Source: Hydrolagus affinis (lineage: Eukaryota). Taken from it: a stretch of DNA of 64,000 nucleotides. The position numbers and the translations under genes were made by a program. The notes under the pieces are model-generated. The model saw nothing but the letters and a program-made list of their open reading frames with translations, did not search any database and was not told where the DNA came from. The stretch spans positions 1 through 64,000 of the forward strand of contig JAAILG010001568.1 in NCBI GenBank assembly GCA_012026655.1, given 5' to 3'. This document shows positions 25,985-37,800 of this stretch, one piece after another. The first letter of the stretch is position 1. Each line of letters opens with the position of its first letter.

Positions 25985-26986
25985 CAGTAAAAGCACGTTT
26001 ATCCAGCACCCTCGGGACTTGGCCAATGCCGGTTAAACCCCGTGCCAGGTATTCGGGTGGCTAGTTGCTAAATACCCAACACAAACAATATAAACCTTTG
26101 TTAAAAAAAAATTAATTAAACATTTTTAAACATACCATATTAATAATAGACTAAATAATAACAGAATATTGTATGGATACTTACCAATAAAGCAATAAAT
26201 ATCGATTACAGTCTATAAACACAGCACACAATCACAAAGCAAACTTCTACAATGGCGTACTGTAGTGACTTAAAGGGGTACTGCCGTTTCTACCACTTTT
26301 TTTTATTTACCTCCTTCCCCCTCTCTTTCACACAGACACACACTCAGTCTGGCATCTCAATGGCTCCAAACCCAACCCCCCTCCACTCCTCTCATTTTCC
26401 ATCTAAATTAATCAACTCACCCCCTCTCTCCCCTCCTCTCCCCAACCTCTCTCTCTCCTCCTCCCACTCCTCTCTCTTTCTCTTTCCCCCCACCCTCTTT
26501 CCCTCGCTTTCTCCCCCCCCCTCTTTCCCTCTCTCCCCACCCCACCCTCTCTCCCTGCCTCTCTCTCCTTCTCCCACCCCACCCACCACCAAAACAAGTG
26601 TATAAACCCACGATACTGTCAGGCTACGCAGGCAATGTAGTATCCGCCAGAGAGAGAGGGAAAGAAAGGGGAAGAGATAGAAAGAGAGAGGGAGAGATAG
26701 AGAGGAAGGAAGGAGCGGGAGAGAGAAAAAGAAAAAGAGGGAGAGAAACAGGAGAGAGGAAAAACATTGCCCTTTTAAGACCCAAACCCAGAAGTGCCAC
26801 TACCAGCAGCATTCAGAGCTAATCGTACTGTATTCTCGTGTGACAATCAACTCATTAAATGCGCCATAGCAATTGTGTCGGATAAGATCCGGTTAATCGA
26901 ATGGGGACCTTTTTTTTGAGGTGCCAGTTATACAGAAGTTACGGAAGTTACGGTTGATCGGGTCACAGATAAACAGACTTTTACTG
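25985..26986. mobile_element. Non-autonomous Tc1/mariner (Tigger/pogo-like) DNA transposon, about 1.0 kb
   Basis: TIRs CAGTAAAAGCACGTTTATC and GATAAACAGACTTTTACTG, each flanked by TA (25983-84, 26987-88); no transposase ORF. Confidence 0.75.
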
Positions 26987-27729
26987 TACTACATAATTGC
27001 AATTAAAGTAACTTGGACATGTTGTAAGTTACAAGAGTAGAGGTGGTGGGATCGATTAGATTTTTAGATGAAAACAAAAGACTGTTCTGGTGGAAGCTGA
27101 AACTGCATTTCCATGGAAAACGTTCATGCTAAGTAGATGATTGTAAGCAAGTTTGCTTGAATCATGCTTGTGGGAAGAGTGTTAAAATAAATGCCAAAAT
27201 TTGAGGTGAGTGAAAATAGTCACAAAGTGTGATGGGAGGATGTTACTTTGTCATTTTTGAAGCAGGAAAAGTGTTTGTAGCTCCGAGGTTCCAAGGTAAC
27301 AGAAACATCGTCGAGAGTTTAAGGAATGTCAGGAGCAAAAGCAAATTCTGTACAATTTTCTCTCTCAGCAAAAGAGCTTGGATCACCCCTTGGTTTAACC
27401 AGAAGTATTTCACTTCATGTCTCCCGCATTGCATATGGTTTTATAATACTATTAATTCAATGCTCGGTATATTTGAAAGTCAATGTCCAGTTGATGAAAC
27501 TTAGTTTGAGTAATTAAAGGAGAAGCAGGAAACAAACTGCGATAGTGGTTTGGAGCTACAGTTGAAACACAACTAATAAAGGTGTAGAGTAGAAACTGTA
27601 CATATAGCAAAGAGTTTATCACCTCTCAAATACTTAGCAATAAATAGTGAAATAAAGTGAGCCAAATATCTTTAGGATTGTTCACAGCATTTTCAAAATA
27701 ACTAAATAACCAACAAACATGTTTCGTAG

Positions 27730-27816
27730 GACTCCAAAAATGCAGAATCTGGAATGAATCTCGAACATGTGAAGACTTCAATTCAAGAAACTGAGCCAGT
27801 AATGACTGCAGCCTAG
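27730..27816 (+). CDS. Candidate additional terminal exon of CLCC1
   Basis: Acceptor GTTTCGTAG|G at 27729/27730. Phase 2 reads TPKMQNLE*; phase 0 reads DSKNAESGMNLEHVKTSIQETEPVMTAA*. How it joins the upstream exon is unresolved. Confidence 0.35.
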   Translation, partial: DSKNAESGMNLEHVKTSIQETEPVMTAA

Positions 27817-28543
27817 GCCATGTTGATTAATATTTGTTGCCAGTTGCTCCCTTGGTAGTTTACTGTGGATTTGGAACCTTCATCAGAGTTCAGTTGTTCA
27901 AAGCTTCACATCTTACAATGTTGTAAATGTCCTTATGTCCTGCTGAGCACCACCGTAAAGCTATATATGCAGGTAATTTGAGTTTATTCAAAAAATATTG
28001 TTACTGCAAATTTTGTTCCAAAATCCAATTCCACAATCCAATTGTTTTTAAAGACAAAAAAAAAGCACCATGCACATTTTTTTTTAATAGAAAACATACA
28101 TTCTGAGAGTTCTACCGTCTATAATTAGGCAGGTGTTTCCTCTTCATTAAAATTGAAAATGCAGTGAAATTCCATGAATTCTGATCTCAATATGCTTGTT
28201 AAATTCTTTAATTTTTCCCACGTTTGATATTGTTTATTGAGAATGGCATCATCGCTCCTATTTACAGTATCTGCTAATAAGCTCAATTTGTTTCATGCTG
28301 TTAACCATGCAGCCGGCTCTAAAAAAAAACAAATACCCAATCTTTTACCTGTTTAAAAGTGATGTGATGAGCAAAATAAACTTAGCTCCCCACTCCACAT
28401 TTCTATACTACTAAATACTTTTACTTGTTTTATATTCAATCACTTTGTGAACATGAATTCGAACTTCATTTCTACTGAGATGTTGTGAAGTGTTGTTAAC
28501 ATTGTTTGGCAATGCACAGAATTCTCTTGGTGATAGGATGATA

Positions 28544-28954
28544 CAGTAAAAGCTCGTTTATCCGGCACCCAACCAACCGGAACGCTCAACACCAACCAGT
28601 ACCTCCCAATACAATTCACCATTCCAGCAAACGGATTTCATACCGGAGCCATCCAGATACTCGCGAGTATGCTCACTCTGCACATGCATGCAATGCATGC
28701 GCGTATGCACGTATTAAACTTAACGAACGCTGGAATGTTTATTTTACTGATTTTACTGAGTGTGCTGGAATGCTTTATTGGTAAGTATCCATACAGTATT
28801 CTGTTATTATTTAGTCTATTATTGATATGGTATGTTTTAAAATAAATACATTTTTTGTGTAGGATTTTCGGCAACTTGCCGCTCAAATATCCAGTATATT
28901 TAATTAACCGGCACCTGTCAGGTCCCGAGGATGCCAGATAAGCAAGCTTTTACT
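28544..28954. mobile_element. Tigger/pogo-like MITE, about 410 bp, same TIR family as 25985-26986 but opposite orientation
   Basis: TA|CAGTAAAAGCTCGTTTATCCGGCAC ... GATGCCAGATAAGCAAGCTTTTACT|TA. Confidence 0.75.
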
Positions 28955-31800
28955 TAGATTGCATCTAAAATGTGCTAGCAATGTTAACAGATCTACAACA
29001 ACCTAGAAAAGCAAGTCTTGGAAGAAAAATGTGTTATTTGAATGTTTCAGTTTGTCCATGAAGATAATCACATGTGAATAATTTCAAGCTGGTATCATGT
29101 TTGCAATATTTCTGACTAAAGCCTTGAGTAGGGTTAGAAATCCACCACAAATTAGTCTTTCTGTGTGTTTATTTGTATGTGCGTACCTGTGATGGGAATG
29201 AGGAGAATGGTGGGTAAAGGTTTCATTCTGTTTAATAATTTTGGTGTAATAATTTTTTTTAAGATTGCAGCTGTTTATTTTATTACAGAGCATAATCTGC
29301 AGCAGTGATATCTGTGTTTTCCTTGACACAGAAAAGACTGTCTGGTTTTGTGTTGTATAAACTAAAGAATATGTAATTAAAAAAAATGCAATAGAAATAG
29401 TTTAGCTGGGGTCAGAGCTTCAAAACCTTCAAGTTTGTGGTAAATAACAGTATACTATTCTACTGTACATTAATAAATACAGAACATTTCATTTTGTACT
29501 CACAAGGAAGCTTCCAGTTTTAAAAGTTTAATTAATCAAACTCAACTTAATTCTGTCTAGTCTACAAATCTTAATTTTTCTCTCCCCAAGCAAGATTGGT
29601 CAGGTAAAGGAAGACTGCACTTGATTCAATGCTAAGTATTCTAGTAGCTCAAATAGCAGTTCATAAAGGTAAATTAAGAAATTGTAATGATCTGCTTATA
29701 AATCTGTCAGTCATTTAATGCCTGCTGTTGGGACATTGCTGGGTGTAAATTTGCTGCTGCCTTTGCCAGCAAAATAGATATTACGCATTTCAGTAAGTAA
29801 ATCTTCTGAAACAAGAGCAAATATAAAGATGATGAATTCTACTTTAGCATCCATAAAACAGATCAGCATAATAAAAATGTGACCATAGTTTGAGTTCAAT
29901 GTTTACATTATGTTCTTTTGAAAGATGAAAGCAGTTTGTACACTAAAATATCGACAAAGCATAATCTAGGAGCAGTGAAAACCAGGTTAAGAAGCAATCC
30001 AGTTTTAGAGTGTCAGTGAGAATGTAGATGTGGTTCTAATTATGTTCTTCCAAAGTAGGTCACTGAGTTAATAAAAATTAACATCTAAAACATACATGAG
30101 AAACTGTACGATTTAAAACAAGCACTTTTTAGAGCTCTGAGTCGATGGGACACTTCTAATCTCCCCAGACACTTGGCGGATTTCAGATTGAAATGTTCCA
30201 TATTTTAAATTACTGGACAAAAGGTTTAGGATGGTGACATAAAATATTCAGTTTGTCATAAAATGCTTCCTATGTATTTAGAAAGAAGAGTTCGCCTTGG
30301 TTTAAGTGCTTTTATTAGATATAAAAGATTGATTTTCCAATACATGCCAGTGCTTTATTCTGAAAAGCACACAAGTGACCTCTAGTGGCTGCATAAGAGT
30401 ATGCACTTTTTTCAAAAATTCTTAGATCAAATTGAATACTGTAATTATTCAGTTAATCAATGTTGTTAACAATCAATTTTTTCTAATTTATATCTGGGAC
30501 CAGTTTTTGAATAGTTTTGTACAGAGCATAATTTTCCTTGAAGTTTCCTCCTTCCTCATCAGCGCCTTGGGACGTCCTCCCGACATGAAAGGCGCTTTAT
30601 AAGTTTAAGTTGTTGTTGTTGTTCAGGGGTTTTATACAACACTATAGTTATAATTATTGACACCTAAAAGCTATTGTTGGATTTGGGTATGCTACACAGT
30701 TTTCCATTTCGGGAACAGTATTTCTCTTCTATCCTGCCTGCTGCCAAAATCAACTTTGATATTGCTGGCTGGGACACACATACACATTCAAATTGATGTT
30801 ATCAACTAGATGCCTGATCAGACTTTACTAACTTAAAATACATTATACTTTGTTTTTACAGAATATTAAAGTATACTCTTGCCAAAAAATGGCATTTATG
30901 ATGGTCCCTGTGACTGAAAACAAGTATGGAACAAATGAGTTTAAAAATATAGATTGGTAGCTTTAATCATCAAAATTTTGTGAATTCACAAAAGTACTTG
31001 AAGCATAAAAACAATTACATCTAGCAAAAACATGTACAACAAAATGTACAGTAGTATTCAATGGGTCTAAAAGCATTTCTTACAGCAGACGTTACAAAAA
31101 CAAATAAAAAAGAGCTGACAAAAAGTTACAAAAGTCCCTTCAATAAACTAACTTCAGGTAAACCAAACAGATTGGCAGTAGATTGAGGTCCAAAAAGTTT
31201 TTCAAAAATGTTTACAACAGAAAATATTCTGTTTGTTTACATGTGTCTTACAGGAATTAATGTAATTAATGATAACAACCACACTTTCAGTTTAAAAAAA
31301 ATCTAATGGGTAGCGTTATTCTGCTAAATCAGCTTTTTTTTTAAAAAAAAGGCATTAGTAATTTTCTTAACATAATTCTGTAAACATCTACAAATATAAT
31401 GAGTTGTGGTGGTCATGTCTTGCTAATTTTCTGAAAATATTTAAAATCAATGGTTTTCTCACCTTCTGCAAGTTCGACTGAGAGTTGTAATAATTGTGAC
31501 TATTCAACAAAACAGTGGTGGAGAATAAAAAACATTTTTAAACCAAAAATGTGTTTTGTGGAAGAGTGTAGGAACAAAAATGAAAGATATTGATCTAGTT
31601 TTACCATTTGCAGTCATTGATATTTTTATATAAACCTTGAAAATTTATTAATTTTTAAAAATGACAAAGTTTACCCCTGCTAGTGGCATACATAGACTTC
31701 AGAAGACGGTGATTTCAATATTTACAATACAGAATGTGCATTTTTCTGACATTATTTCATTTGAATAATTAGTGTTTTAAGTATCCAAGAACACATTAAT

Positions 31801-34800
31801 TCAATTGGAATTGAGCTTCTTTTTTTCTTTCACATTTGAAGGAAATGTGAAGCGCTGTTCATCCAAACGTTTAGCTTGAGATCGCAAAATCAGGCTGAAG
31901 AAGTCTTCATCAGGAACGGTAGGGCCTTTATGCAATGGTGGTGGTGCACATCTCTGGTCATCCAGTCTGGAGCCCTAATGTAATTACAAACCGATACATT
32001 AAAAACATTTATCTGTGACCATCACTTTGTCACGGTGAAAAGTTTAACAATATTTCAGACAACTGGAAATTAACTGTTTGACTTGCATAAATGTAACTGA
32101 TATTTGGTGAGGTAAATGCTTGTTTGATTACCTGGCATTTTACAAGCATGTCGAAGAACTTGTCGTCTGGCTCCTTGCTATCGCCATTGCTCATTAGGTG
32201 ATTGAGAACAGAATTGCTATTGTGCTGGTTAAGTCGAAGCCCTGGAAGATTGCTGAAGCTTGCACGTTGGTCATCTAATCGGCGGCTCTGAGAACTTGCC
32301 AGAAGATCCAAAAACTCATCCGTTTGGGGAGAGACAACAGAAGCAGAATGGGCTACAAGAGTATTGAAGAAAGACTTGAAATTAGCTTGTGGGTACTTGA
32401 AATGCAATCGTCAGGAACAAATAAAAGCCGAATAAGATACAGCTTTGGTGACTAACGTCTTTTAAGGATTTATCAGAATTTGTACTAAAACTGCTGAAAC
32501 CATTAAAATAGTTGTGTTATTTATTTGATTATGATAAATGTGGTTGAGCACATTGTACAACGGGCATTTCAGCAGTAAAGGCAGCAAGGTTTATATCCAG
32601 ACAGGTTGTCCCAAGATTAGATTTGGAGTTTGGGATCTCAATTACAACAACAAAATTATGTTTGTAGAGCGTCTTTCACGTAGGGAGGACTTAGTTTCCT
32701 ATGGGATCAAACTGCAAAGATCCAGCAATAAAGACTGGATCTGAACTGTATGTGAACTGTAGGTAAAATGGTTATTATATTTATGTTAACTGAACTCTGC
32801 ATGGTTACTGCCCAATATTTGCTGTGTGTATTAATTAGTTATATCCAGTTTGTTTTTCTAACAAAACTCATGACTTACTCATGACTTACTGTCAGAAGAA
32901 AAAAAATGTTTTGGAATTTAAGCCTCTGATCATTCTCAAAGTTAATCAAATCCCCTTTATATCGAATGAAATCTTTCCCAATGTTTTTAGTGAACACATT
33001 TTAAGTCACTGAGCTTTACAAATACAACTATTTTGTTTCAATATTGTAATATATGCTTTCATCTAGATTGTGACGTAACCTAGTGATTTAAAAGATAACC
33101 ACAGGCATAGAAGATGATGGTATTGATACATAGAAAGTATAAGTACTACAGGGTTGGTTTGGACACAACGAGAAGAGTGCTCACATTTCACCATGGTTTG
33201 TGGAGGAGTTGAAGAGGCAGTTGCAAACGAGTACCGCTGATCATCCATCCGATTGCTCTGGAACCGACTTAACAAGTCGAAGAACCCTTCATCCCCAATC
33301 ATATCTGGGCTTAGCCTCTAAAATGAAAATGGTTGTTTAGTTGAATTGCAAAAAAAAAGTTCTGTGTAAATTAAGTGGAATGAATCCAGTGCCCATTATC
33401 TCTGTGTAAATTAAGTGGAATGAATCCAGTGCCCATTATCTCTGATAAATCCTAGGGTTCCTACTTCATATTTGAAATCGTGTTCGCTGTAATAGTTAAT
33501 CTTAGAATTAATTATTTCCTAGTTTTTATAAAAAGTGACAGTATAATAAACCATAAACTGAAAAAAAACCAGCTTGCAGCACAAATTACCTTTTGAGGAG
33601 CGAGTGTTCGGACATCATTTGTGAGCACAGAATTACTTGTGTCTTTAAGTACTTTTGAAGCTGAACTGTTGCTTTTGAACTTTTTACCTCTGAATCGATT
33701 TACAAACAGCAACTTAGCTGATGGCTTAGAAAGCGCAGGTTTCTGTTTGGCAAGAATTTCACTATTCCAGTTTTGAAACTAGTAGGGAGGAGAGAGAGGG
33801 TGGGGGGAAAACAGTTTTAAACATCACATCAGTTAATTTCCACTCACCATGCAATGAATCTCTGAAACATTTTCCATATCTTTAAAAACGAATTACCTTT
33901 TCTGGTGTTAACCTCATAAGTTCCATTTTTTCCATGCTCTGTCGACGCCCTAATCGTGGTCGAGCACCTGGAGGAAGAATGCAATAAGTATTTACAAGGA
34001 CAAACTGTGGTTTCCATTCCACATCTTTCAACTCTGAAATACTAGCTGTTGGTATCCACTCAGAAATGTAACCCTCCTCTTCTAAATCCCACAATAAAAG
34101 GAACATGATGTGAATGCTGTCTATGCATGTGCCAGAGAGACAAATAATTTTGAAATTTCATTCTACCCTGAATTAGCAACAATTATGAGTGTCTAGTCAA
34201 TAATTTAATGAGATTAGCTTTAAATACATGAGTCTAGAACGATGATATTAAACATGAATCAGATTGAAGATTACTATTTTATTTTGAAAATAGTTGATTT
34301 TAATAGAAGCAACTCTTGAGTAAAACTAATATGAAGGCAAGGGTACTGTGGCATGAGTCGAGATCTAGTCACTTTGCATCTTCCTTTACCAAACTCGCAT
34401 CTTATCTCCCCCATCCTTTTTTATCCTGTTCAGGCTGCTTTGTTTTGAAACACTTGATTAAATCTTCTGCTCATAAAACATTTATCAACTCAAGCTGAAA
34501 TTTGTTTTCCAGCAAATCATTTTCTGAATAAAACCAGGAAGAGGATATATTTCACTACCTCCAAACAAGAAAGCAAGTGAAATAACCTTTCCAGCATTTA
34601 TTTCTGTAGCTTAGGGTTAGCATTTGAACAACAATTTACGCTAAATGTAGGAATAATTTTACTACTATAGAGAAATTAATGTATAACTTAATTAACAATT
34701 GTAAACTTAAGTTTAAAAAATTAAGTTAACCTAGGAACCTGTATCTACAGACGTAAAGTTGAAATTTTCTTTACACAATGGACCTACCTTGAGAGTTATA

Positions 34801-37800
34801 GTCCAGTTCCTGATTTACTGACAAAATTGAGCTATTTGCACTATAACCCAACACCATCTGAAGATCTGAAAGATTCATTCGAGCTGTGAGTTCACCACTT
34901 CTATCCCCAACCTATAACAACAAGCACACAATATGTTAAAACATTCAGTACACAGTATTATGAAATGGAGGAAATCATATAGACTCAACAGTTCGGACAA
35001 TAAAACTCACAGGATATAGTCTCAGTATTTTTTGTGCTTAGTCAGGATTCCATTGGAATTGGAACACAAACAGAATTCACCCCCCATATCAAATCCCAAC
35101 TCAAAATTAAACATCCCCTCTCTCAAACACGTGCTATAACTTTGGTAAAAAGTACTTAGCAGCAATTCTTGCTGACTTTCACAGGAAATCTAGTAGAAAT
35201 TTATCTACAGTACTTTTGAATCTAAAATATTGTTTTACCTCTTTGGAAATTTCAAGATGCTTCTCTGCAAAATGCACAGCTTGTTCATGATTTCCCAGTG
35301 CTGTGTATGCATTTCCCAAGCTCCAGCACGCTCTACCTTCACCAATCCTAAAATTCAAATAGATCAGAGAAATTACAAGAGAAACCTGAATAATGGAAGA
35401 GTCTTAGGAAGAAGTCTGCGTCTTCCAGATTTAAAATATCTTAAAGTTCTTTCACTTTAATGTTATGAACTATTCCTTACATTATCACAGATACCGAATG
35501 AATACAAATACAGCATGGAATATAGAAAAGCCAGTTTGCAATATAACTATTTACATGTACAGAAATGTTTATTAGCATAGTTAACTATTCTACAGTTTTA
35601 CTTGGGGCCTTAGTATTTAAGAATCTTGTTCAATGTCTGCCTCAAGACCTTGCATTTCACGTCTTAATTTTTTTTCAGTTTTCTCCTTATATAAGCATCT
35701 AAATGCATTATATTAATAACCTATGTTTATATTTTATAAACAGTATATCAGACCCCAAATGTTATATGGTTGCTTAAAGTGAAATTCAATTGCAGATTAT
35801 ATCCTTTCCTTCATTCAAATCAAATCTTAAGACTTGTATATCACTATCAGGCTAAACCAAAGGGCTCAAAATATGCAGTACACTCCCCAAACCACCCACA
35901 TTGAACTTATTTGCAGCAATAATTAATAAGTCTCAAGGCAAGAGTTTGGATTTCTGCTATCAACAAAGCTCCATTCACATTGTGTCAGTTATGTTATGGA
36001 CTTATTCTTGTGAACTCCAAGAGGAAGTAGATCAGGAAATTTAGAGTCAGGCTACCCTGAAATTGCTGTAATGTTGCTAGCAGAATAGATGCAAGTTTGA
36101 AATTGTGCTGCCGATATTTTACACAACACTTAATGTAGCCTTCAATCAATTTGAAAAAATAAATAACAAGATGTACAATATAACAACAACAGAACTAAAT
36201 TTGAAAAAGCGCCTTTCATGTCACGAGGACATCCCAAGGCGCTGGACAGTCAATGTTTCAGACCCGAGCTGGGGTTGGGATCGCGGAGGGTCTGGGGGCG
36301 ACTTGAAGGAGGCTCGTAATCCTTTACAATGCAATGTTCACAAATCCATGAAAATCAAACATTTGGAAATTTTAATAAATCATTCCTTTAAGATATGCAT
36401 GTTATTGCAATTTTTCTGGATATTTGGTACATCTGATAATAGTGGTCACCGAGCAAATGATTGCAGTAAAGCACTCGTTGCTGCTTCCAGGCTAGACTAT
36501 GGGAACTCTCTCCTTGTCGGCCACCCCAGCTCCTCGCTTCATAGGCTGCAGATCATTCAGAATTCTGAAGCTTGTGTACTCTCCCGCACCAGGCTTTGAG
36601 ACCACATCACTCCCACCCTCGCCCGTCTCCACTGGCTTCCCGTCACCCAGAGGATCGAATTCAAGATTCTTGTTGTCACTTTCAAGGCCATTCACGGCCT
36701 TGCCCCCGCCTATCTCTCTGACCTACCGTCTCCCTATCAGCCTGCCCGTCCCCACCCTTCAGCAGACTCAGGCCTGCTCTGCGTCAACCGCCCAACCATC
36801 GGCGGCCGGGCATTCAGCTACTCTGCTCCCAAACTGTGGAACTCCATCCCTCCGCCCCTCCACCTTCCTTCCTCCCTTTCCTCCTTCAAGGCCAGTCTCA
36901 AGACCTTCCTCTTCGGCTGCCCCACCAATTCTTCCCACTCTCCTTCCCCCTATCCCGACCTTCCCCCTGCTCGGGTCCCGACCTAACTGTTCAGCACTTT
37001 GGGACATCCTCCCGACGTGAAAGGCGCTATATAGGTGCAATTTTGTTGTTGTTGTTGCATTTCTTACATACAAACACATTTTTGTATTCAGAGATGTGAA
37101 CAAAAACTGTATTGAACAAAAAATGCTACCATATATGCAATTTGCAATGAACCTTCAATTTTACCTGTCAGTAAGCTCTTGTGCAATCAGAAGATGTTTC
37201 AGATGATATTCTATGGCCTTTTCATAGTCTTGAAGTAGTGTATAAGTGTTTCCAAGGCTGTAACAAGCTTGTGCTTCCACTGCTCTATCCCTCAGCTGCC
37301 GAGCCAGGTAAAGTGTCCTCCTAAATGAAGGAGATGTGATCAGTTCAAAGTATTTATCAAATATTATTATCATTAGAAAGTAACTACACTTCACTCTCAA
37401 TTTTCCACCCGAGCATGACTTGTAAATCCAGAACCAGTTGTCACACAGCAGCAGTTACATTGCAGAAAGTTTCCAATAGGAAATGGTTTCCTATTTGAAG
37501 TGTCTTTTAGTCGGCCAGCTTCCTGGCCAGCTTAAAAGACAAAGTACTCAACGACACTTCAAAGATTGATGAAAGAAAAGTTATGAATCGCATAATTTTA
37601 AGATTTCGGAGGAAACGGTAAAAGTTTCTCACAAACACTTACTTGTAATGATCAACAGCCACAGCAACTTCACCAAGAAACACAGAAGCATTTCCCAGAT
37701 TACTGTACGCCCTCCTTTCAGCCGATTTATCTCCAAACTCTCTAGCAATTTGTAAGCGCTGAAAATAATGTAATGAGTTGATCAAAACCTTGTAGTTTTG

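Noticed and set aside
26252-26822. Multiple Pro/Ser- or Gly/Glu/Arg-rich ORFs on both strands
   Set aside because: Artefacts of CT- and AG-rich low-complexity DNA inside a MITE.
36105-37103. 164- and 173-aa ORFs suggesting an intact retrotransposon gene
   Set aside because: Only a truncated L2 3' end with stops and frameshifts; no RT catalytic core or endonuclease.
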